Part shown: positions 1 through 9,977 of the stretch, piece after piece
How positions within the stretch are numbered: position 1 is the first letter of the stretch
Layout: every line of letters begins with the position of its first letter
Source of the DNA: Armatimonadota bacterium
GTDB taxonomy: Bacteria > Sysuimicrobiota > Sysuimicrobiia > Sysuimicrobiales > Kaftiobacteriaceae
Reading direction: 5' to 3'
DNA: 53,681 nt
NCBI GenBank assembly: GCA_020028535.1
Contig: JAIBHM010000001.1
Location: 1-53,681 of the forward strand
The notes under the pieces: generated by a model
The model's database searches: none
Seen by the model: the letters and a program-made list of their open reading frames with translations, nothing else
Told to the model about the DNA's origin: nothing
Translations under genes and position numbers: made by a program

Positions 1-1049
1 CCGTCTTTGCCGGAGAGCGCATCGGCGCCGCGGGGGGCGCCTCGGGTGAGGTCGTCTTCACCACGAGCATGACCGGGTATCAGGAGGTCCTCAGCGACCC
101 CAGCTACCGCGGGCAGATCGTCGCGATGGCGTACCCGTTGATCGGAAACTATGGGTTCAGCGAGGAGGCATGGGAGGCTGAACGGGCGCATGTTGCCGGG
201 TTCGTCGTCCGCGAGAGCTCACCGGTCGCCTCGCACCATCTATCCCGTGAGCGGCTCGACGCCTTTCTCGCCGCGCACGGCGTTTGTGGTCTCGCCGGCG
301 TCGACACACGCCGCCTGGTCCGCCATCTGCGCACGCACGGCTTGAAGCGCGGGGTCATCGTCGACGAGGCCGGTCCTGATGCGGTGTCCCTGGCCCTCGC
401 GGTTCCACTCACCGAGCGGCAAGACCTCGTCGGTCAGGTGTCGCGGGAGGAGCCGCACGTCTTGCCCGGTCCCGGCCCGCGGATCGCTGTCGTGGACTGC
501 GGCGTGAAGGCGGGGATCGTGGACGCGCTGCGGCGGAGGGGCTGTGAGATCGTCCTGCTGCCGTATCTCGCCTCCGCGGACTTCGTGGCCGAGTTTCATC
601 CCGACGGGGTGCTGATCTCGAACGGGCCGGGCGATCCCGCCGTCCTCTCCGCGACCATCCGAACGGTACGGCAGCTGCTGGGATCCTATCCATTGATGGG
701 TGTTTGCCTGGGGCATCAACTCCTCGCGCTGGCCGTCGGCGGGCGCACGTACAAGATGAAGTTCGGACACCGCGGGAGCAATCAGCCGGTCCTGGAGACG
801 CGGACCGGCGGGGTAATGATCACCACCCAAAATCATGGCTATGCCGTTGACCCCGACGTTCCACCGGAGGTCGAGGTCACGCACATCAACCTCAACGACG
901 GCACGGTGGAAGGTCTCCGCCATTCGCGGGTGCCGGCGTTCTCGGTGCAGTTTCACCCTGAGGGCCGGCCGGGCCCGACCGACGCCGAGGTCCTCTACGA
1001 TCGGTTTCTCGCAATGGTCAGCCAGGAGCGCCATGCCGCGGCGCGCTGA
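1..1049 (+). CDS. carA: carbamoyl-phosphate synthase small (glutamine amidotransferase) subunit, 5' partial; the frame continues upstream of the first ATG at 69
   Basis: The translation [18 protein letters not shown]...GVCLGHQLL...FSVQFHPE carries the class-I GATase Cys-His motifs. The frame is open from nt 3 and reads GEVVFTTS before the M, as in CarA. It overlaps the carB start by 17 nt. Confidence 0.95.
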   Translation, partial: VFAGERIGAAGGASGEVVFTTSMTGYQEVLSDPSYRGQIVAMAYPLIGNYGFSEEAWEAERAHVAGFVVRESSPVASHHLSRERLDAFLAAHGVCGLAGVDTRRLVRHLRTHGLKRGVIVDEAGPDAVSLALAVPLTERQDLVGQVSREEPHVLPGPGPRIAVVDCGVKAGIVDALRRRGCEIVLLPYLASADFVAEFHPDGVLISNGPGDPAVLSATIRTVRQLLGSYPLMGVCLGHQLLALAVGGRTYKMKFGHRGSNQPVLETRTGGVMITTQNHGYAVDPDVPPEVEVTHINLNDGTVEGLRHSRVPAFSVQFHPEGRPGPTDAEVLYDRFLAMVSQERHAAAR

Positions 1050-4000
1050 TCTCCGCAAGGTCCTGGTCATCGGCTCCGGCCCAATCATCATCGGCCAGGC
1101 GGCGGAGTTCGACTATTCCGGTACACAGGCGTGCCGCGCCCTCTCCGAGGAAGGCATCGAGGTCGTCCTGGTCAACAGCAATCCGGCCACGATCATGACC
1201 GACGTGGAGGTGGCGGACCGCGTGTACGTAGAGCCGCTCACCCCGGAGTTCGTCGCGCGGATCATCGACCGGGAGCGGCCCGACGGCCTGCTGGCCACAC
1301 TCGGCGGGCAGACCGGCCTCAACCTCGCTCTCGCGCTCTCCGAGCGGGGGACGCTCGCCGCCTGCGGAGTCGAGCTGCTGGGCACACCGCTGCAGGCCAT
1401 CCGCAACGCTGAGGATCGCGAGCTGTTCCGAGCCACGATGGTGCGATTGCGCCAACCTGTCCCCGAGAGCGGCACGGCGTCCACGGTGTCCGAGGCGATG
1501 GAGGCCGCCCGTGCGATCGGCTTCCCCGTCGTCGTGCGCCCCGCGTTCACACTGGGCGGCACCGGGGGCGGCATCGCGGCCGGTGCGGAGGAACTGGCGG
1601 AGGTGTCGCGGCGGGGGCTGCTCAGTAGTCCGATTCAGCAGGTACTGGTCGAGCGGTGCGTGCTCGGCTGGAAGGAGATCGAGTACGAAGTCATGCGCGA
1701 CGCTGCCGGCACGGCAATCACCGTCTGCAACATGGAAAACGTCGATCCAATGGGCGTGCACACCGGTGACAGCATCGTCGTGGCGCCCTCGCAGACCTTG
1801 AGCGATCGCGATTACCAGCGGCTGCGCACCGCGGCCCGGCAGATCATCGAGGGGCTCGGCATCGCCGGTGGCTGTAACATTCAGTTCGCGCTCGACCCGC
1901 ACAGCGACGCGTACTACGTGATCGAGGTCAACCCACGGGTCTCGCGGTCCTCCGCGCTGGCGAGCAAAGCCACGGGCTATCCGATTGCCCGCGTCGCGGC
2001 GAAGATCGCGATCGGCCTGCGGCTGGACGAGATCGAGAACCGGGTCACCGGCGCGACCCGCGCTGCGTTCGAGCCTGCTCTGGACTACGTCGTCGTGAAG
2101 ATTCCGCGCTGGCCGTTCGACAAGTTCGCCTCGATGGACCGGCGTCTGGGGACGCAGATGAAGGCCACGGGCGAGGTCATGGCCATCGGGCGCACGTTCC
2201 CCGAGGCGCTGTTGAAAGCGCTGCGGTCCCTCGATGCGGGGGCGCCCGGTTTGTCGATTCCCGAGGCGGAGCACTGGACCCCCCAGGAGCTCGATCGCCT
2301 CATCGTGGAGCCGACCGACCTGCGCGTGTTCGCGATCGCCGAGGCGCTGCGCCGGGGCATCTCGGTCGACGCGATCGGGTGCGCGTCCCGGATCGATCGC
2401 TACTTCATCGAGCAGATGCTGAGGATTGTGGCGTGCACACGCGGGCTGGGCGAGGGTGAGGGAACCTGGGGCCTTCGGAACGCGAAATCGCTGGGCATCT
2501 CCGATGCTGCCGTCGCCGCGGCGATAGGGATCACCGAAGACGAGGTCAGGAACCGCAGGCGCGCGGAGGGGATCGGGCCGGTCTTCAAAGTCGTGGATAC
2601 CTGCGCCGGCGAGTTCCCGGCGCAGACGCCCTACTATTACTCGACGTACGAAGAGGAAGACGAAATGCCGGACTCCGCCCGGCAGGGCATTCTCGTGCTG
2701 GGGTCCGGACCGATCCGCATCGGGCAGGGGATCGAATTCGACTACTCCACCGTCCACGCTGTCCGGGCCCTGCGCGAGGCCGGATACGACGCCGTCATCA
2801 TCAACAACAATCCGGAGACAGTGAGCACCGACTTCGACATCTCCGATCGGCTCTACTTCGAGCCGCTGACGTTGGAGGATGTGCTCAACGTCGTGGAGCG
2901 GGAACGGCCCCGGGGTGTGCTGGTGCAGTTCGGGGGGCAAACCGCGATCAACCTGGCCGGCCCCCTGGCACGCGAGGGCGTCCCGATCCTGGGGACATCC
3001 GTCGAGTCCCTCGACATCTCAGAGGACCGGGAGAAGTTCTACGCGCTCCTCAAGCAGCTCGACGTGGACTGCCCGGAAGGCGGCGCCGTGACTTCAGTCG
3101 AGAATGCCCGGGCGCTCATCGCACAGCTCGGGGTACCCGTGCTGGTGCGGCCCTCGTACGTGCTGGGAGGCCGGGGCATGCGGGTTGCGGAGACAGAAGC
3201 ACAGGCGCTCTCCGCGGTCCGAGAGGGGCTGCGTGCCGCACCCGGTTACCCGGTGCTCATCGACCGCTACCTGGATGGCGTTGAGCTCGAGATCGACGCG
3301 GTCTCCGACGGCCGGTCGGTGCTCTCACCCGGCATCATGGAGCACGTGGAGCGCGCCGGAGTGCACTCAGGCGACAGTATCGCGATCTTTCCCGCCCAAA
3401 CGCTGCCCGAGGCGGTCATAGAACGTGCGACCGACATCGCGGCGCTGATCGCGCGGGCGCTGCGAGTGCGGGGATTCCTGAACGTCCAATTTGTCTACCA
3501 CCAGGGCCGCCTCTTCGTGCTCGAGGCCAACCTGCGCAGCAGCCGCACCGTGCCGTTTGTGAGTAAGGCCGTAGGCGTTTCCCTCGTCCAGATCGCGACG
3601 CGCGTGATGCTGGGCGACTCCCTCGACGACCTGGGGTTTCCTGGCGTCCACCGGCTGCCGGCACCGCCGCGCGTGGCGGTGAAAGCCCCGGTCTTCTCCA
3701 TGGAGAAGCTCGCCCGGGCCGAGGCGGCGGTGGGCCCGGAGATGAAATCCACGGGCGAAGTGATGGGTCTCGACGCCGATCCCGCGGCGGCCATGTTCAA
3801 AGCGCTCGTCGCCGCCGGATTCTCTCTGCGCGGACAGGCGGTGCTGGTGTCGCTGGCCGACCGGGACAAGCCCGGCGGCGCGGATGTGGTCAGTGCGTAC
3901 GCGCGCGCCGGATTCCGGATCCTGGCCACGCAGGAGACGGCGGCCTGGCTTCAGGCGGCGGGCGTCGATGCCATCGCCGTGGATCCCGACGCGGCGCTGA

Positions 4001-4206
4001 TCGACGAACACGTGGGCCTGGTGGTCAACACGCCGACGCGCGGCGGGGATCCATCGCGTGCCGGCTTCCGCCTGCGGCGGTCCGCCCTGGAGCGCCGCAT
4101 CCCCTGCGTCACCTCCCTTGAGACCGCGCGCGCGATCGCCTCCGTCCTGCACCACTCCGCCGACGCCGTGTCGGTGGAACCCCTCGCCGGCGTCCCGCTC
4201 GACTAG
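1033..4206 (+). CDS. carB: carbamoyl-phosphate synthase large subunit
   Basis: The ATG at 1033 gives [30 protein letters not shown]. There is a second ATP-grasp half ([20 protein letters not shown]) and an MGS-like C-terminus. The track ORF starting at 835 is an upstream extension inside carA. Confidence 0.97.
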   Translation: MPRRADLRKVLVIGSGPIIIGQAAEFDYSGTQACRALSEEGIEVVLVNSNPATIMTDVEVADRVYVEPLTPEFVARIIDRERPDGLLATLGGQTGLNLALALSERGTLAACGVELLGTPLQAIRNAEDRELFRATMVRLRQPVPESGTASTVSEAMEAARAIGFPVVVRPAFTLGGTGGGIAAGAEELAEVSRRGLLSSPIQQVLVERCVLGWKEIEYEVMRDAAGTAITVCNMENVDPMGVHTGDSIVVAPSQTLSDRDYQRLRTAARQIIEGLGIAGGCNIQFALDPHSDAYYVIEVNPRVSRSSALASKATGYPIARVAAKIAIGLRLDEIENRVTGATRAAFEPALDYVVVKIPRWPFDKFASMDRRLGTQMKATGEVMAIGRTFPEALLKALRSLDAGAPGLSIPEAEHWTPQELDRLIVEPTDLRVFAIAEALRRGISVDAIGCASRIDRYFIEQMLRIVACTRGLGEGEGTWGLRNAKSLGISDAAVAAAIGITEDEVRNRRRAEGIGPVFKVVDTCAGEFPAQTPYYYSTYEEEDEMPDSARQGILVLGSGPIRIGQGIEFDYSTVHAVRALREAGYDAVIINNNPETVSTDFDISDRLYFEPLTLEDVLNVVERERPRGVLVQFGGQTAINLAGPLAREGVPILGTSVESLDISEDREKFYALLKQLDVDCPEGGAVTSVENARALIAQLGVPVLVRPSYVLGGRGMRVAETEAQALSAVREGLRAAPGYPVLIDRYLDGVELEIDAVSDGRSVLSPGIMEHVERAGVHSGDSIAIFPAQTLPEAVIERATDIAALIARALRVRGFLNVQFVYHQGRLFVLEANLRSSRTVPFVSKAVGVSLVQIATRVMLGDSLDDLGFPGVHRLPAPPRVAVKAPVFSMEKLARAEAAVGPEMKSTGEVMGLDADPAAAMFKALVAAGFSLRGQAVLVSLADRDKPGGADVVSAYARAGFRILATQETAAWLQAAGVDAIAVDPDAALIDEHVGLVVNTPTRGGDPSRAGFRLRRSALERRIPCVTSLETARAIASVLHHSADAVSVEPLAGVPLD

Positions 4207-4214
4207 CCCCGGGT

Positions 4215-4250
4215 ATTGCATCTTTATTCACAAATCGGGTATGATTATGC
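4215..4250 (+). promoter_or_regulatory. ARG box (ArgR operator) overlapping a sigma-A-type promoter upstream of argC
   Basis: This is an AT-rich island in a GC-rich context. The reverse complement of 4215-4232 is TGTGAATAAAGATGCAAT, matching 14 of 16 defined positions of the ARG-box consensus TNTGAATWWWWATTCANW. A weaker second half-match follows (GGTATGATTATGCGC). TTGCAT (4216-4221) and TATGAT (4240-4245) are spaced 18 nt apart. argR is encoded in the same cluster. Confidence 0.55.
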
Positions 4251-4280
4251 GCACCGATCTTCGTGCGCTGAGGGAGAGAC

Positions 4281-5318
4281 GTGTCGGTCAAAGTCAGCAT
4301 CATCGGAGCATCCGGGTACGGCGGGGGTGAGCTGGCCCGGCTGCTCGCCGGACATCCGGAGGTGGAACTCGTCCACCTCACCGCGGAGACACGCGCCGGC
4401 GAGGCCATGGCCGACCTCTACCCGAACCTCCGCAGCTTCACCGACCTGATCACCACCGCGGCCGATCCCGACCGGATCGCGCGCGACTCCGACCTGGTCT
4501 TCATCGCGTTGCCCAACAGCAAGGCGATGGAGTTCGCGCCGCAGATTGCGCCGCACGCGCGCATCGTCGACCTCGGCGCGGACTTCCGGTTCAAGGATCC
4601 GCTGGTGTACGAGCAGTGGTACAAGACTGCGCATGCCTGCCCGCTGCTGCTTGACGACTCCGCCTACGGCTTGACGGAGTTCCGGCGCTCCGAGATCCGC
4701 AGCTCGCGCATCGTCGGCAACCCCGGCTGCTATCCCACCGCGGCCCTGCTGGCGATCCTGCCCTTCCTGCAGGCAGGGCAGGGGAGCGCCGGGGGCATCG
4801 TCATCGACGCCAAATCGGGGATTTCCGGTGCCGGGCGTACGCCGTCGATGGGCACGCACTTCTCCGAGGTCAACGAGAACGTGATGCCGTACAACGTGGG
4901 TTCGCATCGGCACACGCCGGAGATCGAGCAGGAACTCTCCCGGCTCGGGGACAGCCCGGTGGCCGTGACCTTCACGCCGCACCTCATCCCGATGACCCGG
5001 GGGATTCTGGTCACGGCCTACGTGCCGGTCCACAATGGGCTCACCACCGATGATGCGACGGCCATCCTGCAGGAGTCGTACGCCGCTGAGCCGTTTGTGC
5101 GCGTCCTCGCCGACGGCCTGCCGCAGACGAAGGCCACCACCGGCTCGAACTTCTGCGACGTCGCGGCGCGGGTGGATCGCCACAGCCGGATGCTGATCGC
5201 GATGGCCGCCCTCGACAACATGGTCAAGGGCGCCAGCGGCCAGGCTGTGCAAAACATGAACGTCATGCTCGGATTTCCCGAGGAGCTAGGTCTGCGCTCC
5301 CCGGGTCTGTATCCCTGA
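4281..5318 (+). CDS. argC: N-acetyl-gamma-glutamyl-phosphate reductase
   Basis: MSVKVSIIGASGYGGGEL is a Rossmann N-terminus, and GNPGCYPTA holds the active-site Cys. GTG start with a GAGGGAGAG RBS. Confidence 0.95.
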   Translation: MSVKVSIIGASGYGGGELARLLAGHPEVELVHLTAETRAGEAMADLYPNLRSFTDLITTAADPDRIARDSDLVFIALPNSKAMEFAPQIAPHARIVDLGADFRFKDPLVYEQWYKTAHACPLLLDDSAYGLTEFRRSEIRSSRIVGNPGCYPTAALLAILPFLQAGQGSAGGIVIDAKSGISGAGRTPSMGTHFSEVNENVMPYNVGSHRHTPEIEQELSRLGDSPVAVTFTPHLIPMTRGILVTAYVPVHNGLTTDDATAILQESYAAEPFVRVLADGLPQTKATTGSNFCDVAARVDRHSRMLIAMAALDNMVKGASGQAVQNMNVMLGFPEELGLRSPGLYP

Positions 5319-5342
5319 CGCGTATTTGAGGAGGGAACGTCG

Positions 5343-6566
5343 ATGGCCATCACGGTGAAGCCGGACCAGTGGCAGCGCATTGAGGGTGGGATCACCGCCG
5401 CGAAGGGCTTTCGCGCCGCCGGCGTGCACTGCGGTGTCAAGTCGGATCGGCATGACCTGGCCTTGATCGTCTCAGACACGCTCGCCTCCGCCGCGGCGAT
5501 GTTCACCACCAACGCCGTCAAGGCCGCGCCGGTCCTGGTCAGCCAGGAAAAGGTCCAGTCGGGCGCGGCGCAGGCGATCATCGTGAACAGCGGCAACGCC
5601 AACGCATGCACAGGCGAGCGGGGTCTGGCCGACGCGTGGGAGATGGGCCAGCTGGCAGCTACGACGCTCGGCATCGCCGAGGAATTCGTGCTGGTCGCAA
5701 GCACTGGGGTCATCGGCATCCCGCTGCCGATGGACGCGATTCGCGCCGGGGTCCGCCACCTGCCGGCCGCCCTGGACCGCGATGGGGCGGCCGCGGCGGA
5801 GGCGATTCTCACGACGGATGCTTTCCCCAAGACGGCGGCCGTGCAGCTGCAGGTCAAGGGGAAGAGAGTGACCATCGGCGGGATCGCCAAGGGCGCGGGC
5901 ATGATCCATCCCAACATGGCCACGACACTCTGCTTCCTGACGACCGATGCCTCGGTGCCGGCGCCGGTCCTCCGGGGGGCGCTGCGCAGCGCCATCGATC
6001 AATCCTTCAACTGCATTTCAGTGGATGGAGACACCAGTACGAACGACACGGTATTTCTACTGGCCAACGGGGCTGCAGGAGCGAGCCCGCTGCTTGAGGA
6101 CGACGACGAGTTTGCTCGCTTCACGTCTGCCCTGACAGCGCTGACGACGGATTTGGCCCGCATGGTTGTTAGAGATGGCGAGGGGGCGAGCAAACTCGTC
6201 AGCATCACGCTGCGCGGCGCAAGAACGCCGGGTGATGCGCGGCGCGCCGCCCAGGCCGTCATGACGTCTCCGCTGGTGAAGACGGCGATCTATGGAGGCG
6301 AACCCAACTGGGGCCGTGTGCTGGCCGCCGTAGGCCGGTCAGGCGCGGCAGTCGCATCCGACGTGGCCGAGATCTGGATCGGTGGCGTTCAGGTCGTCCG
6401 CCACGGCGCAGGCATTCCGGACGAGCTGCCGGCCGCCGCGGAGGCGATGAAGCAGCCGGAGTATGAGATTGTGGTCGACCTGCACCTGGGCGAGGCATCG
6501 TTCACGGGGTGGACGTGCGACTTGAACGAGGGCTACGTGAAGATCAACGCAGGTTACATGACGTGA
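5343..6566 (+). CDS. argJ: bifunctional glutamate N-acetyltransferase / amino-acid acetyltransferase
   Basis: KGFRAAGVHCGVK... and the autoprocessing motif GMIHPNMATTLCF (ATML-type). GAGGAGGG RBS. Confidence 0.95.
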   Translation: MAITVKPDQWQRIEGGITAAKGFRAAGVHCGVKSDRHDLALIVSDTLASAAAMFTTNAVKAAPVLVSQEKVQSGAAQAIIVNSGNANACTGERGLADAWEMGQLAATTLGIAEEFVLVASTGVIGIPLPMDAIRAGVRHLPAALDRDGAAAAEAILTTDAFPKTAAVQLQVKGKRVTIGGIAKGAGMIHPNMATTLCFLTTDASVPAPVLRGALRSAIDQSFNCISVDGDTSTNDTVFLLANGAAGASPLLEDDDEFARFTSALTALTTDLARMVVRDGEGASKLVSITLRGARTPGDARRAAQAVMTSPLVKTAIYGGEPNWGRVLAAVGRSGAAVASDVAEIWIGGVQVVRHGAGIPDELPAAAEAMKQPEYEIVVDLHLGEASFTGWTCDLNEGYVKINAGYMT

Positions 6567-6576
6567 GGGAGTACTG

Positions 6577-7458
6577 ATGGCCCTGCAGACCCACGAGGTC
6601 ATCGACCTGGGCAGCTCGCTGGCGAAAGCGCTCCAGTACGTCAACGCCTGGAAGAGGAAGCCTGTCGTCGTGAAACTCGGCGGCAGCGTGCTGGCGGGTG
6701 AAGACCAGGGAACCCTCATCGAGGACCTGGTGCTGCTCAAGGGAGTGGGTGTCGATCCGGTCCTGGTCCACGGCGGCGGGCCGGAGATCACCCGGATCCT
6801 TGAGCGTTTCGGCAAGGAGAGCCGCTTCGTCAACGGCCTCCGCGTCACGGACGACGAGACGATGGAAGTCGTGGAGATGGTGCTGGCGGGAAGAGCCAAC
6901 AAGGCGATCGTTTCGATGATTGCCCGCGCCGGCGGCACGGCCGTCGGGATCAGCGGCAAGGACGGGAAGGTCTTTCAGGCACATCGCCTCGCGCCGGAGC
7001 TCGGCCAGGTCGGCGAGATCGATATCGTCGATACCTCCCTCCTCACGCTCCTGTCAAGCGGGGGATACATTCCCGTCGTGGCGTCCATCGGGATCGGCGA
7101 AGAGGGTGAGAGCTACAATCTGAACGCCGATACGGCGGCGGGGGCGCTGGCGGCCGGATTGGGCGCGAGCAAGTTCATCCTGATGACCGACGTGCGGGGC
7201 GTGTACCGGGGTGGGAACGACAACAAAGCGCTCGTCTCAGTCCTGCGGATGGGGGAGGCGAAGGAGCTGATCAGGCAGGGTGTGATCTCGCGCGGCATGA
7301 TCCCTAAGGTGGAGGCCTGCCTGGAAGCGATCGACGCCGGGGTACCCACCGCCCATATCATCAGCGGGACGATCCCGCACGCCCTGCTCGTGGAGCTGTT
7401 CACTGAAGAGGGTGTCGGGACGATGATCGTCCGCGATGATGTCCACGCGAACGCGTAA
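6577..7458 (+). CDS. argB: acetylglutamate kinase
   Basis: VVVKLGGS...LVHGGGPEI...YNLNADTAAGALA are amino-acid kinase family motifs. Confidence 0.95.
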   Translation: MALQTHEVIDLGSSLAKALQYVNAWKRKPVVVKLGGSVLAGEDQGTLIEDLVLLKGVGVDPVLVHGGGPEITRILERFGKESRFVNGLRVTDDETMEVVEMVLAGRANKAIVSMIARAGGTAVGISGKDGKVFQAHRLAPELGQVGEIDIVDTSLLTLLSSGGYIPVVASIGIGEEGESYNLNADTAAGALAAGLGASKFILMTDVRGVYRGGNDNKALVSVLRMGEAKELIRQGVISRGMIPKVEACLEAIDAGVPTAHIISGTIPHALLVELFTEEGVGTMIVRDDVHANA

Positions 7459-7487
7459 GCGTGAGCGTGAGAGGTTGGGAGGATGGA

Positions 7488-8699
7488 ATGGATACACAGA
7501 CGACTGCAGCGCTGACAGAGAAGTATTTGATGAATACCTACAAGCGAGCCCCCGTGGCCTTCGCTTCGGGCGGCGGTGTGTGGTTGATCGACGTGGAGGG
7601 ACGTCCCTACCTCGATTTCATCGCCGGTATCGCGGTGTGCGCGCTGGGTCACAACCATCCGGTGCTCACCGCCTCCATCCAGGCGCAGGCGGCTCGACTC
7701 CTCCACGTCAGCAACCTCTACCTGATCCCCGAGCAGGCGCGGCTCGGCCAGTGGCTCGTCGAACATTCGGCTCTCGACCGTGCCTTCTTCTGCAATAGCG
7801 GCGCCGAAGCGAACGAGGCCGCGATCAAGCTGGCCCGGAAGTACTGGCACGCGAAGGGCGACCAGCGCTTCGAGATTATCGTCGCCAACCAGTCCTTCCA
7901 CGGCCGCACCCTGGCCACATTGGCGGCCACGGCCCAGCCGAAGTACCAGAAGGGCTTCGACCCGCTTCCCGCGGGGTTCACTCCGGTGCCGTTCGACGAC
8001 ATCGATGCTCTGCAGCAGGCTGTAAGGCGCCAAACTGCTGCGGTGATGCTCGAGGTGGTGCAGGGTGAGGGCGGGTACCGCTTCCCGTCACCGGCTTACC
8101 TCCCGTCGGTGCGGCGCGTGTGCGACGAAGGCGGGTTGCTGCTGATTCTCGATGAGGTGCAAACCGGCATCGGCCGGACAGGACGCTGGTTTGCCTACGA
8201 GCACTACGGCATCACCCCCGACATCATGACTCTGGCCAAGGGACTCGGCGGCGGCGTGCCGGTCGGCGCGATGCTGGCGACCGAGGCAGTCTCCTCCGCG
8301 TTTCAGCCGGGCGACCACGGCGCCACCTTCGGCGGAAATCCGCTGGCGTGCGTGGCAGCGCTGGCGGTGGTGGAGACGCTGGAAGATGAGGGTCTGCCCG
8401 CTCGGGCGGCGGAGGTTGGCGCATATTTCGTCGACCAGCTGCGCGCGCTGGCCAGACGGCACTCCGTGATCACGGAGGTGCGCGGGCTCGGACTGCTGGT
8501 GGCCGTGGATCTTTCAATGGAAGCTGCCGGTGCTGTCACCGCCTGCCGGGAGCGCGGGCTGCTCATCAATGCCGTACAGCCGAAGACCCTGCGCTTTGCC
8601 CCGCCGCTCATCGTGACGAACGCGGAGGTCGATCAGGCCGTGACGATTCTGGATGCCGCGCTGGCTGCGATCGTGGAACCCGCGGCCGCGCCCGCATAG
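7488..8699 (+). CDS. argD: acetylornithine aminotransferase (class III PLP)
   Basis: LMNTYKRAPVAF...FCNSGAEANEAAIKLARK...LDEVQTGIGRTG...TLAKGLGGG. I prefer the ATG at 7488 (GGGAGG 5 nt upstream) over the GTG at 7461. Confidence 0.9.
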   Translation: MDTQTTAALTEKYLMNTYKRAPVAFASGGGVWLIDVEGRPYLDFIAGIAVCALGHNHPVLTASIQAQAARLLHVSNLYLIPEQARLGQWLVEHSALDRAFFCNSGAEANEAAIKLARKYWHAKGDQRFEIIVANQSFHGRTLATLAATAQPKYQKGFDPLPAGFTPVPFDDIDALQQAVRRQTAAVMLEVVQGEGGYRFPSPAYLPSVRRVCDEGGLLLILDEVQTGIGRTGRWFAYEHYGITPDIMTLAKGLGGGVPVGAMLATEAVSSAFQPGDHGATFGGNPLACVAALAVVETLEDEGLPARAAEVGAYFVDQLRALARRHSVITEVRGLGLLVAVDLSMEAAGAVTACRERGLLINAVQPKTLRFAPPLIVTNAEVDQAVTILDAALAAIVEPAAAPA

Positions 8700-8709
8700 G
8701 AGGAAGACT

Positions 8710-9945
8710 ATGGAACGGATTGCGAAAGTTGCGCTCGCCTACAGCGGCGGTCTCGACACCTCGGTCATCATCCCCTGGCTCCGGGAGCAGTACGGCGTCA
8801 AGGTCATCGCGGTCATCGTCGACGTGGGGCAACCTGAAGACATCCCGGCGATCCGTCAGAAAGCCCTGGCCAGCGGGGCCGACGCTGCCGTCGTCGTTGA
8901 TGCGAAAGAAGAATTTATTGCCGAGTACTGTTTCCCGGCGCTGCGCGCGAACGCCATCTACGAGGGGCAGTACCTGCTGGGCACCGCGCTCGCGCGTCCG
9001 GTCATCGCCAAGGCCCAGGTGGAAGTTGCGCTCGCCGAGGGCGCGGACGCGGTGGCGCACGGCTGCACCGGGAAGGGCAACGACCAGGTGCGCTTCGAGC
9101 TCGGCTACAAGGCCCTGGCCCCGCAGTTGAAAATCATCGCCCCCTGGCGGGAGTGGAACCTCGTTTCCCGCGAGGACGAGATCGAGTACGCCGCCGCGCA
9201 CGGCATTCCCGTCCCCGCGACGCGGGAGAAACCCTACAGCGTGGATCAGAACCTATGGCACCGCAGCGCGGAGGCCGGCATCCTCGAAGATCCCTGGCTC
9301 GAGCCACCGGATCACGTGTACGCGCTCACCTCCGCTCCCTCCGAGGCGCCGGATGAGCCCGCGTACGTCGAGATCGCATTCGAGCGCGGAGTGCCGGTGG
9401 CGGTCAACGCGCAGGCGCTGGGGCCCGCGGAGCTGCTCAACGTGTTGAACCGGCTGGGCGGGATGCACGGCGTCGGACGCGCCGACATGGTGGAGAATCG
9501 CCTGGTAGGGATCAAGTCGCGCGGCGTGTACGAGACCCCCGGCGGGACGATCCTGGCCACGGCCCACCGCGACCTCGAGACGATCACCCTCGACCGCGAC
9601 ACGCAGCATTACGCCATGCTGATCGCGCCGCGCTATGCGGAGATCGTGTACTACGGCCAGTGGTTCTCTCCCCTGCGCCAGGCATTCGATGGCTTCATTG
9701 CCGCCGCGCAGCAGACCGTCACCGGCACCGTGAGGGTCAAGCTCTTCAAAGGCACGTGCACCGCGGTGGGGCGCCAGTCCCCGAACTCACTGTACCGGCA
9801 GGACCTGGCGACCTTCAGCAAGGACACCGTCTACAACCAGAAGGACGCCGAGGGCTTCATCAACCTCTGGTCGCTGCCGACGCAGGTATTCGCCGGCGCC
9901 AATCCGGAGCTGATCCGCCGTGGGCTGCGCCATCCGGTCAAATAA
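8710..9945 (+). CDS. argG: argininosuccinate synthase
   Basis: The ATG at 8710 gives MERIAKVALAYSGGLDTSV. Also GCTGKGNDQVRFE and ENRLVGIKSRGVYETPGG. Confidence 0.95.
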   Translation: MERIAKVALAYSGGLDTSVIIPWLREQYGVKVIAVIVDVGQPEDIPAIRQKALASGADAAVVVDAKEEFIAEYCFPALRANAIYEGQYLLGTALARPVIAKAQVEVALAEGADAVAHGCTGKGNDQVRFELGYKALAPQLKIIAPWREWNLVSREDEIEYAAAHGIPVPATREKPYSVDQNLWHRSAEAGILEDPWLEPPDHVYALTSAPSEAPDEPAYVEIAFERGVPVAVNAQALGPAELLNVLNRLGGMHGVGRADMVENRLVGIKSRGVYETPGGTILATAHRDLETITLDRDTQHYAMLIAPRYAEIVYYGQWFSPLRQAFDGFIAAAQQTVTGTVRVKLFKGTCTAVGRQSPNSLYRQDLATFSKDTVYNQKDAEGFINLWSLPTQVFAGANPELIRRGLRHPVK

Positions 9946-9977
9946 GGCGCGTGGCTGAACGGAGCGCCGCGCATACG

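Noticed and set aside
1018-2940. A 640-aa ORF antisense to carB. Similar long antisense or shifted ORFs include 240-1091(-), 3367-4221(-), 4245-5252(-), 9831-11123(-), 19137-20351(-), 21259-22416(-), 22394-23683(-), 27623-29107(-), 30915-32408(-), 32372-33544(-), 34920-36920(-), 42086-43156(-), 44534-45724(-) and 52619-53506(-).
   Set aside because: They overlap strongly supported genes on the + strand. Their translations are Arg/Gly/Pro/Ala-rich with no recognisable motifs. Stop-codon-poor antisense frames are expected at this GC content.
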